A DNA stretch of 64,000 nt, from assembly GCA_022821495.1 (NCBI GenBank), contig JAJEDN010000118.1, positions 33,945 through 97,944 on the forward strand, in the 5' to 3' direction. Each line of letters starts with the position of its first letter. Positions within the stretch are counted from its first letter, which is position 1. Position numbers and translations under genes: made by a program. This document shows positions 18,806-27,443 of the stretch, one piece after another. Source of the stretch: Candidatus Poribacteria bacterium (GTDB lineage: Bacteria; Poribacteria; WGA-4E; WGA-3G). The notes under the pieces were generated by a model. It was not told the DNA's origin, did no database searches, and was given only the letters and a program-made list of their open reading frames with translations.

Positions 18806-19372
18806 TTACACGGTCTCACACGCCTCACAGACCAGAGCGAATCGTTTGGTGCCGTTCGTCTCAAATTCTGTTTCGTAATCGTGGCTGACAGGGACGTTTG
18901 ACGCGCCGCACCAATCGCATCGCCCAGAAAAGGTGTGCGCTTTCTGTCCCAACAGCATCTCCTTCTGTTCTTCGACTTTTCGGGTGGCAGCGATGAGGTC
19001 AAGTGCGCGTTGACGTAACTTCGGATCGATCTCCTCTTTAGCGATTTTTTCGAGGAGCGGTTGGAGCCTCGGATCGTTCGGGTTTCCGCCGTCATCGAGT
19101 GTGTGCCACGCGGCTTTGCGGACACGCACGTCTGGATCGACCATGCCTTTGTAGAGTGCCACCCAAACTTTGTCGATGCTTTTGCGAACATGACACGGGC
19201 AGAGATTGTCCATCGCCTCAACGCGATCATCCGCGTTAGCAGAGTAGGCAAGTTCAAGATAGTATTCAACTTCGTTGCCACGCAAGCGATCTTCACCGCG
19301 ACGATGCGCATTCTTCTGGTGCTTGTTCATACCTCTCATTTTTTTTTGCTTCGGAATTCCATGTTTTGGCAT
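18806..19372 (-). CDS. HEAT-repeat protein with C-terminal Zn-ribbon
   Basis: DPDVRVRKAAWHTL and DPKLRQRALDLI HEAT-like repeats; CDWC...CEAC; GGAGG RBS. Confidence 0.7.
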   Translation of the reverse strand: MPKHGIPKQKKMRGMNKHQKNAHRRGEDRLRGNEVEYYLELAYSANADDRVEAMDNLCPCHVRKSIDKVWVALYKGMVDPDVRVRKAAWHTLDDGGNPNDPRLQPLLEKIAKEEIDPKLRQRALDLIAATRKVEEQKEMLLGQKAHTFSGRCDWCGASNVPVSHDYETEFETNGTKRFALVCEACETV

Positions 19373-19464
19373 CTGTTTCCTCCCATATTAACTTTAACCT
19401 AATCTACGCTGCTTTTCTTCAAAAAATACGAAGTTTACAGAAATCGCCAACCGAATATCTCTTC

Positions 19465-19662
19465 TTAATCAAATCTAAGCTGCTCCGTAACTTGTCGAAG
19501 CACTTCGTTTACTTTTTGTAACACCTCTTTTGATGGAGGTTCGCCCTCGGCGGTGATTGTGATGCGAAACTGGAAGTCAAGTTCAGGCGCAATATCCGCC
19601 AAATCAGCGACCGCTTCAGCCAAATCTTGAATTTCAATTAAGTTGCCCGTCCGTAATTTCAT
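19465..19662 (-). pseudogene. Short ORF, possibly the orphan C-terminus of a DUF499-type ATPase
   Basis: EIQDLAEAVADL...FRITITAEGEPP..EV...VNEVL resembles, from memory, DUF499 protein C-termini. No N-terminal part is present. Confidence 0.35.
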
Positions 19663-20033
19663 AGTTGTTTGAAATGCTGTGTGATAAATCTCAACAGTCC
19701 GTAACCTTTGAGTTCATCTGCCAGGATTTTAAATCCGAGTTCATAAATTTCAATATCGGTGAGTTCTACTAACCCTTTACGCCATGCTGTGATCCGTTCA
19801 GCTTTGATATGTTCCGCCTCTTTCCGCGATGCTTCACCCTGTTGAATCCGTTTTGCGAGCGTATAGATATCTGGGTCGTTAGCCATGTATTTATGTCGCT
19901 CAGCAGTATAATCGTACTTGCGCGGTTTGCAGTGCTGGAGGAATTGTGTCGCATACGCGGGCCCCAGTTGTTCTGTTAGTTCCTTAATGCCAAGTTCATA
20001 AATCTCAAGATCTGTCATCTGTAAAACGTCCAT
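19659..20033 (-). CDS. Putative antitoxin with an internally duplicated motif
   Basis: TDLEIYELGIKEL and TDIEIYELGFKIL repeats; overlaps the PIN gene. Confidence 0.55.
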   Translation of the reverse strand: MDVLQMTDLEIYELGIKELTEQLGPAYATQFLQHCKPRKYDYTAERHKYMANDPDIYTLAKRIQQGEASRKEAEHIKAERITAWRKGLVELTDIEIYELGFKILADELKGYGLLRFITQHFKQL

Positions 20034-20496
20034 TTTCTGTCACCTCCCGTAACCACGTTTCTGGGTTTTTGACATGGATGTGAAGCCGGGTCTGGTACCG
20101 TTGTGCTCTCCGAAGCAGTCTATCATCTGTTGTTAGGAAAACGTCAGCCTCGCCACTTTCAGCACAGGCAAGATGTAAGGCATCTTTTTCCTTAAAACCC
20201 AACGATTCAAGTTGTAAGCCTCTTGATATTTCCCTTGCTCCGACAGAAATGATCTGATGTGCAAGCATTAGCAAGGTTTTGATTTGGGTGCGCTCTTCCA
20301 AATCCGGTGTTTGATCAACTTCGTCTATTATGACGTTACTGGCAATCCAATGCCAATACCCGCGAAAACAGTAAGTGAGAATTTGATTAGTAGCTTCGGC
20401 TTCCTCTACAACACGTGCTTGAGTAGGCGGATCAAAAAGGCGGCTCAAACAACATGTATCAAGATAAATTTTCCAGAATGGCAAAAAAGTTTGCAC
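20005..20496 (-). CDS. PIN domain (VapC-like) ribonuclease
   Basis: IYLDTCCL, KDALHLACA, FLTTDDRL. Confidence 0.88.
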   Translation of the reverse strand: MQTFLPFWKIYLDTCCLSRLFDPPTQARVVEEAEATNQILTYCFRGYWHWIASNVIIDEVDQTPDLEERTQIKTLLMLAHQIISVGAREISRGLQLESLGFKEKDALHLACAESGEADVFLTTDDRLLRRAQRYQTRLHIHVKNPETWLREVTENGRFTDDRS

Positions 20497-20504
20497 GCGT
20501 CTAT

Positions 20505-20717
20505 CTAAACCTCATCGAAATCTACTAAGAGATCCAGATCGCTGTCTGCGTGGAAATCGCTGCGGGTGTATGAACCGAAAATCCCCTTAATCTCGGCTTT
20601 ATATCTCTGGCGGATGACGTCCTGCATCTCTACTATTAGTCTTCTTAAGTTTTCAATCACGATGTGCTCCTTCAAGTTGAGAATTAGGGTGGACACCATA
20701 CGGAATATGCCTACCAC
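20505..20717 (-). pseudogene. Truncated minimal nucleotidyltransferase (MNT)
   Basis: IFGSYTRSDFHADSDLDLLVDFD (GS...DxD), then an immediate stop. The C-terminal half and a HEPN partner are absent. Confidence 0.7.
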
Positions 20718-22018
20718 TTTGTGCTACGGACAAGTGCTTCGATTTCATCAATCTCTTTCGGGACACCCTCTGTTAGCACCTCGCAACCGTCCTCAGTGAC
20801 GAGAATGTCGTCCTCTATGCGGATACCGATCCCCAGATAGTCTGGTGATACATTTTTTGTATCGTCGGCGACGTAGAGTCCAGGTTCAATCGTCATCACC
20901 ATCCCCGGCTGGAAGGTTTTAAATTCGCCATTCGGTTCGCGGACACAGTTGACATCGTGTACATCTAAGCCGAGCATGTGTCCGATACGGTACATGTAAA
21001 ACTGCCTGTATTTTTCTTTTTCTATCAATTTCTCCGCTTTTCCCTTTAGAAGACCGAGGCTGAGCATGCTTTCTGTTAACAACTCAATCGACTTTTGGTG
21101 CGGTTCGTCGATGGAAACACCCGGACGGATACCGTCAATAATAGCACAGTGCGCCTCAAGGACGCGCTGATAGATTTCTCTTTGTGCGTCAGTGAAGGTG
21201 CCGTTTGCCGGAAAGGTACGGGTCACGTCGCCGCAGTACCGACCGTATTCCGCGCCTGCGTCAATGAGGACGAGTGTTTCGTCTTCAATTTGACGATCAT
21301 TTGTCGTATAGTGGAGTATCGTCGCGTTGCTACCGCTCGCCACGATAGTAGGAAAAGCAGGACTGCCAGCACCATTCATACGGAACGTCGATTCGACGAG
21401 GGCTTCTAAATCGTATTCATACATCCCCGGACGCACTGCCTTCATCGCCGCGACATGCCCGGCTACTGTAATCTCTGTTGCCATCTGGAGGCGCTGCAAT
21501 TCGGTCTCGTTTTTGATGAGTCGCAGTTCGCTGAGAATCGGGCTTGGATCGACAAGCGTATCAAACCCTTTGCCGGATCGGATCCGTGACTTCACAGACT
21601 GCGAAAAACGGGCAAGAATTTCGGCATCAACATCTTCATTAGAGCCGAGCGTATAGTAAAGCCTTTCAGCACCTTGCAGGTATTTCCCGATTTTTTCACT
21701 GAATTCTTCTATCGGATAGGCTTTATCCGCGCCGTAATATTGACGTGCATCTTTAACGCCGACGCGCTTACCGTTCCAAATTTCTGCCTGCTTGTCTTTC
21801 GGACGAACAAACAGGATATATTGGTGCTTCGAATGTTCAGGTGCGATGACACAAATCGACTCCGGTTCTTCAAACCCTGTCAGGTAATAAAAGTTCGGAT
21901 CCGGACGGTAAAGATATTCAGTGTCGTGGTTCCACCTTGCGGGTGGCGTACTGGCGAAGATAGCGACACCGCCACTTCCCATTTTTTCGATAAAGGCTTT
22001 ACGATTCTGTTTGTGCAA
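20711..22018 (-). CDS. pepP: Xaa-Pro aminopeptidase
   Basis: FYYLTGFEEP, LRLIK, LHY, IDAG..Y.GDVTRT, GHMLGLDVHD, TIEPG, GIRIEDD. Confidence 0.93.
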   Translation of the reverse strand: MHKQNRKAFIEKMGSGGVAIFASTPPARWNHDTEYLYRPDPNFYYLTGFEEPESICVIAPEHSKHQYILFVRPKDKQAEIWNGKRVGVKDARQYYGADKAYPIEEFSEKIGKYLQGAERLYYTLGSNEDVDAEILARFSQSVKSRIRSGKGFDTLVDPSPILSELRLIKNETELQRLQMATEITVAGHVAAMKAVRPGMYEYDLEALVESTFRMNGAGSPAFPTIVASGSNATILHYTTNDRQIEDETLVLIDAGAEYGRYCGDVTRTFPANGTFTDAQREIYQRVLEAHCAIIDGIRPGVSIDEPHQKSIELLTESMLSLGLLKGKAEKLIEKEKYRQFYMYRIGHMLGLDVHDVNCVREPNGEFKTFQPGMVMTIEPGLYVADDTKNVSPDYLGIGIRIEDDILVTEDGCEVLTEGVPKEIDEIEALVRSTKW

Positions 22019-22060
22019 GCTGTGTCCTCCTTCAAAATAAATTAGGGCTCCGGTATTTTA

Positions 22061-22177
22061 AACCCCCTAAATCCCCCTTATCAGGGGGACTTTTAGATTC
22101 AACCCCCTAAATCCCCCTTATCAGGGGGACTTTCAGATTCAACCCCCTAAATCCCCCTTATCAGGGGGACTTTCAGA
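22061..22177. repeat. Three tandem 40-bp copies of the CCCCCTAAATCCCCCTTATCAGGGGGAC repeat
   Basis: Units start at 22061, 22101 and 22141. TGCGTAAGTCCTA follows at 22183-22195. Confidence 0.92.
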
Positions 22178-22201
22178 GGAAATGCGTAAGTCCTATAAAT
22201 A

Positions 22202-23188
22202 TTAGAGATACCCAATCGGTGTGCCGATTTTACCGACGAAACCGCCACTCGCAACCATTGGATAAATAGGTTTTGCCCAGAAAATACCGTCAACTGGCGA
22301 AGATATGGATTCCTGAACATTGCCAAAGACATCGCAAATATCAGCAACGGGTTGAGACGCTGTTAGGTGTTCATATAATTCGGCTCTATAATAGATAAAA
22401 CCGCCTTCATTGCTAATAAGCGACACAAATTGTTTAACAACAACCTGCTGTTCAGGAATCTCTGGCGTTCCAGGAATAAAATCATAGTATTGTAGCACAT
22501 TGCGCACACCGCGCACGCCTTTTTCGATGCTCGTTGCATCCCAGCCGTGGGTTCCACCCAATTCTGGATCAATGGTTGGGATGCCGATCTCCGGTGCTGC
22601 CTGTGCGAGTTGCCCCTTCGGTCCTTTCTGATTGAGAATATGTCCGATACCGAAGACGCGTGCGAGTTCAAGACACGCACCATGTAGCGTATGTTTTTCG
22701 CTGACGCGAACACGCACCTCGTCTATCATTGGAGATACGCCGCCTTGGTGCAGATCAAGGCAGTAGTCGGCTTGCTGTACGGCGTGTTGAAAAAGATGAT
22801 AGGCGATCCGTTCACTTGACGTGCCATCACGTTTGCCCGGAAAACAGCGGTTCATTTTACGGTTGTCTACAGGACTGAATGCTTGTTTTGCATGAAACGC
22901 GTGGAAGTTAACGAGCGGGACAGCGATAATTTTACCGTGCAATTGCTCTGGCGTGACCGTTCCGAGAATTTTATGAATAACGGCGATTCCGTTGAGTTCA
23001 TCTCCGTCGCTAATCGCTTGGATGTAGAGTGTTTTACCCGGGTACCTCCCGTTGATCAGGACGACAGGCAGTCGAACAGCGGTTCCGTCAGGCATTGTGC
23101 CAACTTTGAGGTGACCTTCCATCCGAGTTGCAGGTTCAGCAACCAATTGTCCAACCACCAAATTGCTATGGCGAATATTGTTCCTCAT
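22202..23188 (-). CDS. Succinylglutamate desuccinylase/aspartoacylase (M14-like) family protein
   Basis: DGDELNG, MNRCFPG, LDLHQG, PELGG and a C-terminal biotinyl-like region. Start ATG 23188 is likely. Confidence 0.88.
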   Translation of the reverse strand: MRNNIRHSNLVVGQLVAEPATRMEGHLKVGTMPDGTAVRLPVVLINGRYPGKTLYIQAISDGDELNGIAVIHKILGTVTPEQLHGKIIAVPLVNFHAFHAKQAFSPVDNRKMNRCFPGKRDGTSSERIAYHLFQHAVQQADYCLDLHQGGVSPMIDEVRVRVSEKHTLHGACLELARVFGIGHILNQKGPKGQLAQAAPEIGIPTIDPELGGTHGWDATSIEKGVRGVRNVLQYYDFIPGTPEIPEQQVVVKQFVSLISNEGGFIYYRAELYEHLTASQPVADICDVFGNVQESISSPVDGIFWAKPIYPMVASGGFVGKIGTPIGYL

Positions 23189-23228
23189 GACGGTTATTTT
23201 AGCACAACCGGCAAAAAGAATCAAATGT

Positions 23229-23336
23229 TTTGTTGGTTATCAGTCGTCAGTTTCCAGTTTTTATGGTCGTCAGTTAAGAGGTTTCTTATAACTGATAACT
23301 GAAAGGTTTTTCGCAGAAAAACCGAACTGATAGCTA
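23229..23336. repeat. Heptamer-flanked intergenic element
   Basis: GTTATCAGTCGTCAGTT...AACTGATAACTG with hairpin GGTTTTTC-GCA-GAAAAACC at 23305-23323. Confidence 0.7.
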
Positions 23337-23412
23337 CATAAAAACTTGATTTTCAGGAGATTGTTTGATAAACTTATAGGGATAATATAAATCACATCCG
23401 TGGAGGCAAAGC

Positions 23413-23982
23413 ATGTCATCTGCAGCAGCCGAGGCTTACATTACCCCCGAAGCATACCTCGCTTCGGAACGCAGGGCAAAATACAAAAGCGAATACATTA
23501 ATGGCGAAGTCCTGGCAATGTCCGGGGCAAGTAACGCACATAATATAATCACGGTCGAAATAACCACTGAACTGAACATCCAATTAAGGCCACGGGGTTG
23601 CTTCATTTACAGCGGCGATATGCGCGTTAGAACTACTCCAACGGGCTCGTACTTCTACCCAGACGTCGCCGTTGTTTGCGATAAACCGCGTTTTGAGGAT
23701 AATGTTTTTGATACGCTTCTCAATCCGATCCTTGTCGTAGAGGTACTTTCACCCTCAACTGAAACTTATGATAGAGGTGAAAAATTCGCACACTATCAAG
23801 AACTTGCGTCCTTGCAAGAATATATCCTTGTTTCACAGGACAGGATTCAGGTTGACCATTATCGCCTTATGGAAACGCAGTGGGTGCGGAAAGCGTTTCA
23901 CACGCTTGAAGATGTGCTGCTCCTGAACTCTATTGAATGCAAATTGCCGTTGCAAGATATCTATGCACGCGTCACAATATAG
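23413..23982 (+). CDS. Uma2 family (DUF820) putative endonuclease
   Basis: EYINGE..AMSGAS..H, YPDVAVVC, VEVLSPSTETYDRGEK, EYILVSQ. Confidence 0.93.
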   Translation: MSSAAAEAYITPEAYLASERRAKYKSEYINGEVLAMSGASNAHNIITVEITTELNIQLRPRGCFIYSGDMRVRTTPTGSYFYPDVAVVCDKPRFEDNVFDTLLNPILVVEVLSPSTETYDRGEKFAHYQELASLQEYILVSQDRIQVDHYRLMETQWVRKAFHTLEDVLLLNSIECKLPLQDIYARVTI

Positions 23983-24082
23983 TGTAAACTGAACGTGCTA
24001 CGAAGAAAATAAAGTTTGTGATACAACAACGTCTATCTTTGACGCGCGATATAATCAAAACCCCCCATTTTGGACGAAAGTA

Positions 24083-24775
24083 TTGATGAACACTGAAAAC
24101 CAGAAAAAAATAGCTGCAGAAAAAGCGACAGAAAGTGTCCAATCCGGTATGATCGTAGGATTAGGGACAGGTTCCACCGTCTATTACGCACTCTTGAAAC
24201 TCGGCGCGATGGTATGTGAAGGACTTGATATTATCGGTATACCCACCTCCGAGGGTACCGAAAAGATTGCCTTAGAAGAAAAGATACCCCTGACAACGCT
24301 CGCCACACATCCGACCATTGACTTGACGATTGACGGTGCTGATGAGGTAGACGCACATCTCAATCTGATTAAAGGTGGCGGTGCTGCGCTCGTTAGAGAG
24401 AAGATTATCGCTAACGCATCGAAAGAGATACTGATTGTTGTTGATGAAAGCAAAGTATCACGCGTTCTCGGCACTAACTTTCCGCTCCCTGTGGAAATTG
24501 TGCGATTCGGATGGGAAGCGACCCAAACTGCTGTCAATCGGATTTGCGGAAAATCAACACTACGGCAGAACACTTCAGAAGACGATAATCCGTCCCCACT
24601 CATTACCGACAACGGCAACTATATCCTGGACTGCCACTTTGACGGCATCCCAGCCCCGGAAAAAGTTGAAACGCAGCTAAACAACATTCCCGGTGTGGTC
24701 GAGAACGGAATTTTCGTGAATCGGGCTGACAAAATCATCATCGGCACACCTTCGGGTATCCAGTATATGGAGTAG
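24083..24775 (+). CDS. rpiA: Ribose-5-phosphate isomerase A
   Basis: GLGTGST, DGADEVD, IKGGGAALVREK, TDNGN, PGVVENG. Confidence 0.97.
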   Translation: MMNTENQKKIAAEKATESVQSGMIVGLGTGSTVYYALLKLGAMVCEGLDIIGIPTSEGTEKIALEEKIPLTTLATHPTIDLTIDGADEVDAHLNLIKGGGAALVREKIIANASKEILIVVDESKVSRVLGTNFPLPVEIVRFGWEATQTAVNRICGKSTLRQNTSEDDNPSPLITDNGNYILDCHFDGIPAPEKVETQLNNIPGVVENGIFVNRADKIIIGTPSGIQYME

Positions 24776-24780
24776 CACCA

Positions 24781-25659
24781 ATGGTTCGTTTCCTGTTTAC
24801 GCTCTTTCTGATCGTTTCTGTATTCATCTGGGTCTCTAACCCGGTCAGGGGTGAAGTGTTTACAGAAACTGGATTGGTAAATATGCCAACCGGTAGGGTG
24901 TTGAAACACGGGATATTTGAGGCAGGTACTTACCTCGGTTTCCAACAACAATCGATGCCTCACACGACTGCGAATTTTGGTGATGCGGTCGCAATTCGGC
25001 TGAACTTCGGGCTGTTCGACCGAGTTGAATTCGGACTGACGCACCTATGGAACGAACACGGCATTGAACCTTCTGCTGACCGTACAGCACACCTGAAATT
25101 ACAATTCTTAAAAGAACAAGAAACCGGCGCGCGCCCGAATATAGCGATAGGTATAGAGCGACTTGGTAAAAATATTGCTTTGTGGGATTCGGAACAGGAG
25201 GAAGATGAAATCCCCTCGGCGTTTCTTGCTATCAGTAAAACTTTCAACCTGCCGCGGATACATCGATTTTCTGGACATATCGGGGTTGGCACGCAGCGGT
25301 TTGCGTTTGAAGAAGGGCCTATCGGCGTGTTTGTGGGGCTGAGCAAAGAATTCCAGCCAGCTTTTGCGCGCGGTGACATCACGACGAGTCTTGAATTCGA
25401 CGGTGTCGGTGTGAACGTGGGTTTGCGCTATTCGGCATCCAATGGACTTCAGGTTGCCCTCGGTGCTGAAACCCTGAACGATCCAGATGCATTGCGCTAT
25501 CTTGTTTCCGTTTCGTGGACAAACGCGCAGATATTGGAACAGATTGACGAAACGCAACGGTTGATCAAGCGCGCGACAGAACTTGCGGTAGAAGCGAAAC
25601 GCGCGGTTTCAAAGAAAAAAGCGGAGGCGGAAACTACTGAGCCACCTTCGTCTCAATAG
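24781..25659 (+). CDS. Exported beta-strand-rich protein (YjbH-like outer-membrane barrel) with C-terminal helix
   Basis: Signal peptide, TGLVNMPTGRVL, alternating strands. Confidence 0.5.
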   Translation: MVRFLFTLFLIVSVFIWVSNPVRGEVFTETGLVNMPTGRVLKHGIFEAGTYLGFQQQSMPHTTANFGDAVAIRLNFGLFDRVEFGLTHLWNEHGIEPSADRTAHLKLQFLKEQETGARPNIAIGIERLGKNIALWDSEQEEDEIPSAFLAISKTFNLPRIHRFSGHIGVGTQRFAFEEGPIGVFVGLSKEFQPAFARGDITTSLEFDGVGVNVGLRYSASNGLQVALGAETLNDPDALRYLVSVSWTNAQILEQIDETQRLIKRATELAVEAKRAVSKKKAEAETTEPPSSQ

Positions 25660-26536
25660 ATGTCATCACATTTTGGAGCGATGTTAGGAGTTCAGCCAAA
25701 AAATCTTGCGGTGGCACGAGTATAATTTCGATCCTCCGATTTTTGGCTTTTGCCTCTGGTGTTTCAGCGGTATCTATGGGTTGATAGAAGGCGTAGCCAG
25801 TGGCTGCGAGACGTTCCGCACTCACGTCAGCATGTTCCTGCAAGTATTTCACCGCTGCGATTGCGCGCTCGGTTGAGAGGTTCCAGTTCCGCAGCGCGTC
25901 GCCGCCGATAGGCGTATTGTCTGTATGTCCCTCAATTCGTATCGCGTAATCCGAATAGGCTGCGTTTAGCAACACTTCTTCTGAAATTGCGTCCAGAAGT
26001 TCTTTTCCCTCTGTGCTTAGAATCGCGCTGCCTGTTTCAAACAGGATTTTTCCCTTGACATCAAGTGTCAATCGTCCTGCCTCATCCAACACAGCACCTA
26101 CCGTATCTTTAAACCGCTCTTGGATAGCCGCAATTGAACGTTGCGATTGCTCCCGAATCCGCTGTAATTCGGATTCAATCTCGGTGAGTTTCGCGCGGAG
26201 ATTCTCTTTTTCGCGTTCCAACGCCCTTTTATCCTTTTGAAGTGTACTCCGTTCAGCGGCGATTTTTCGGGCGGCTTCGCTGGCATTTTGTAATATTTCT
26301 TGGGTCTGGCTGAGGTCCAAACGCGTTTTCTCCAGCGTACTTTGCGTTTCGGTTAACTTCTTTTCCAGATTAGCTTTGGCGGTTTCAGTTTCTTGCAAGG
26401 CAATGTTGGTGATAGCCAATTCTGCTTGCGTCTGTTCGAGATCCGTTGAGGTTGAATGGAGCAATACCGCCAAAATGATGGCGGCAATCGCGAGAACACA
26501 GATGGATACAATTGCAAGTATGCCTTTTTTATTCAC
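25634..26536 (-). CDS. OmpA/MotB-domain membrane protein with coiled-coil stalk
   Basis: N-terminal TM, heptad coiled coil, ILFETGSA, IEGHTDN, NWNLSTERA, NRRIEI. Confidence 0.9.
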   Translation of the reverse strand: MNKKGILAIVSICVLAIAAIILAVLLHSTSTDLEQTQAELAITNIALQETETAKANLEKKLTETQSTLEKTRLDLSQTQEILQNASEAARKIAAERSTLQKDKRALEREKENLRAKLTEIESELQRIREQSQRSIAAIQERFKDTVGAVLDEAGRLTLDVKGKILFETGSAILSTEGKELLDAISEEVLLNAAYSDYAIRIEGHTDNTPIGGDALRNWNLSTERAIAAVKYLQEHADVSAERLAATGYAFYQPIDTAETPEAKAKNRRIEIILVPPQDFLAELLTSLQNVMTSIETKVAQ

Positions 26537-26835
26537 AGGATGTCTCCTTGTAGACTGAGGATAGTCGCAAAACTATCGTTTTTTGCTGTTTTGTTCTTTT
26601 TTTCGATGCCACATGTGGTGCAGCGGTGTGTCAGGATATAATTGCCGTGCTTTACGGTAAACCCCACCGGTTCCATCATGCCTTGACAAAATGCAGCTCG
26701 GTCGCCGGGGTTGATATCGACGTGTCGGCTCCAGAGACATTCTGGACAGTGGTTGGTGTAGCCATCTCCCGTGACGGCGGCACCACACTGTGTGCAGGTG
26801 AAATCTTCAATGTGGCGTTGGAATTTTTTGTTCAC
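26533..26835 (-). CDS. RNHCP domain protein
   Basis: FTCTQCG...TNHCPECLWSRHVD..PGDRA..C.G.MEP...HRCTTCG. Confidence 0.85.
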   Translation of the reverse strand: MNKKFQRHIEDFTCTQCGAAVTGDGYTNHCPECLWSRHVDINPGDRAAFCQGMMEPVGFTVKHGNYILTHRCTTCGIEKKNKTAKNDSFATILSLQGDIL

Positions 26836-27443
26836 TGGTCAGTTCCCGCGTTTTTCTCTTGAGCAAGCCGGTCTAATGTGCGTTTTAGACTTAGAGAGGC
26901 GGTCGCAGCGCGTTCCAAATCCCAATGGTTTTGGACGAATTCGCTTAAAAGCGTGTTATATTGATTCCCGATACTGAGTGTTGAATCTCGTGTGGGCACT
27001 AATGCTTCACGGACAATTTTCCTTTTACTTCTTCGGGCAAGCGATATAAGGAACTCTTTGGGATTCAAAATGTCGTCTGTTGACGATGGAATTCGATGCA
27101 ATGGAATTGATAGAAAAGCTGCAAATCCTATCCTATCTGCTATTATCCAAGATTCAACCTCCATAACCGCCACACGAAAGAAAAATTTTGGATTGAGAGA
27201 ACCTTTAATCCATGAGCGGATAAGTCCTGGTGGACACTCCCGGGACGAATCCAAATCTGTCAACATAAACACGGTTATACCCCTGGCTGCTCGGTTGAGT
27301 TCAGGAGCTTTTCGTTCAAGGTCCGATTTTCCTTGAAATCCGATTCTTTCTACGATTTCAACATCAAACTTCTCAAGAATTTTGGTCGCCACTGCATCGC
27401 TGAGCCTATCCTCAATTGCGAGAATTACGTTATTCAGGTTCAT
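26832..27443 (-). CDS. DUF4276-like (TOPRIM-like) protein, partner of the ATPase
   Basis: IED..S, LTDLD...CPP, VMEVESWIIAD, PKE motifs; 4-bp overlap with the ATPase gene. Confidence 0.65.
   Translation of the reverse strand: MNLNNVILAIEDRLSDAVATKILEKFDVEIVERIGFQGKSDLERKAPELNRAARGITVFMLTDLDSSRECPPGLIRSWIKGSLNPKFFFRVAVMEVESWIIADRIGFAAFLSIPLHRIPSSTDDILNPKEFLISLARRSKRKIVREALVPTRDSTLSIGNQYNTLLSEFVQNHWDLERAATASLSLKRTLDRLAQEKNAGTDQ

Noticed and set aside
18766-19311. 181-aa same-strand alternative-frame ORF
   Set aside because: It overlaps the HEAT-repeat gene, which has the RBS and recognisable motifs.
22061-22177. Possible CRISPR array (also 63911-64000)
   Set aside because: Units are near-identical tandem copies without unique spacers, the motif is dispersed elsewhere, and there are no cas genes.
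25634-26536. Flagellar stator motB
   Set aside because: No motA neighbour and the TM segment lacks the conserved MotB Asp motif, so it is called a generic OmpA/MotB-domain protein.
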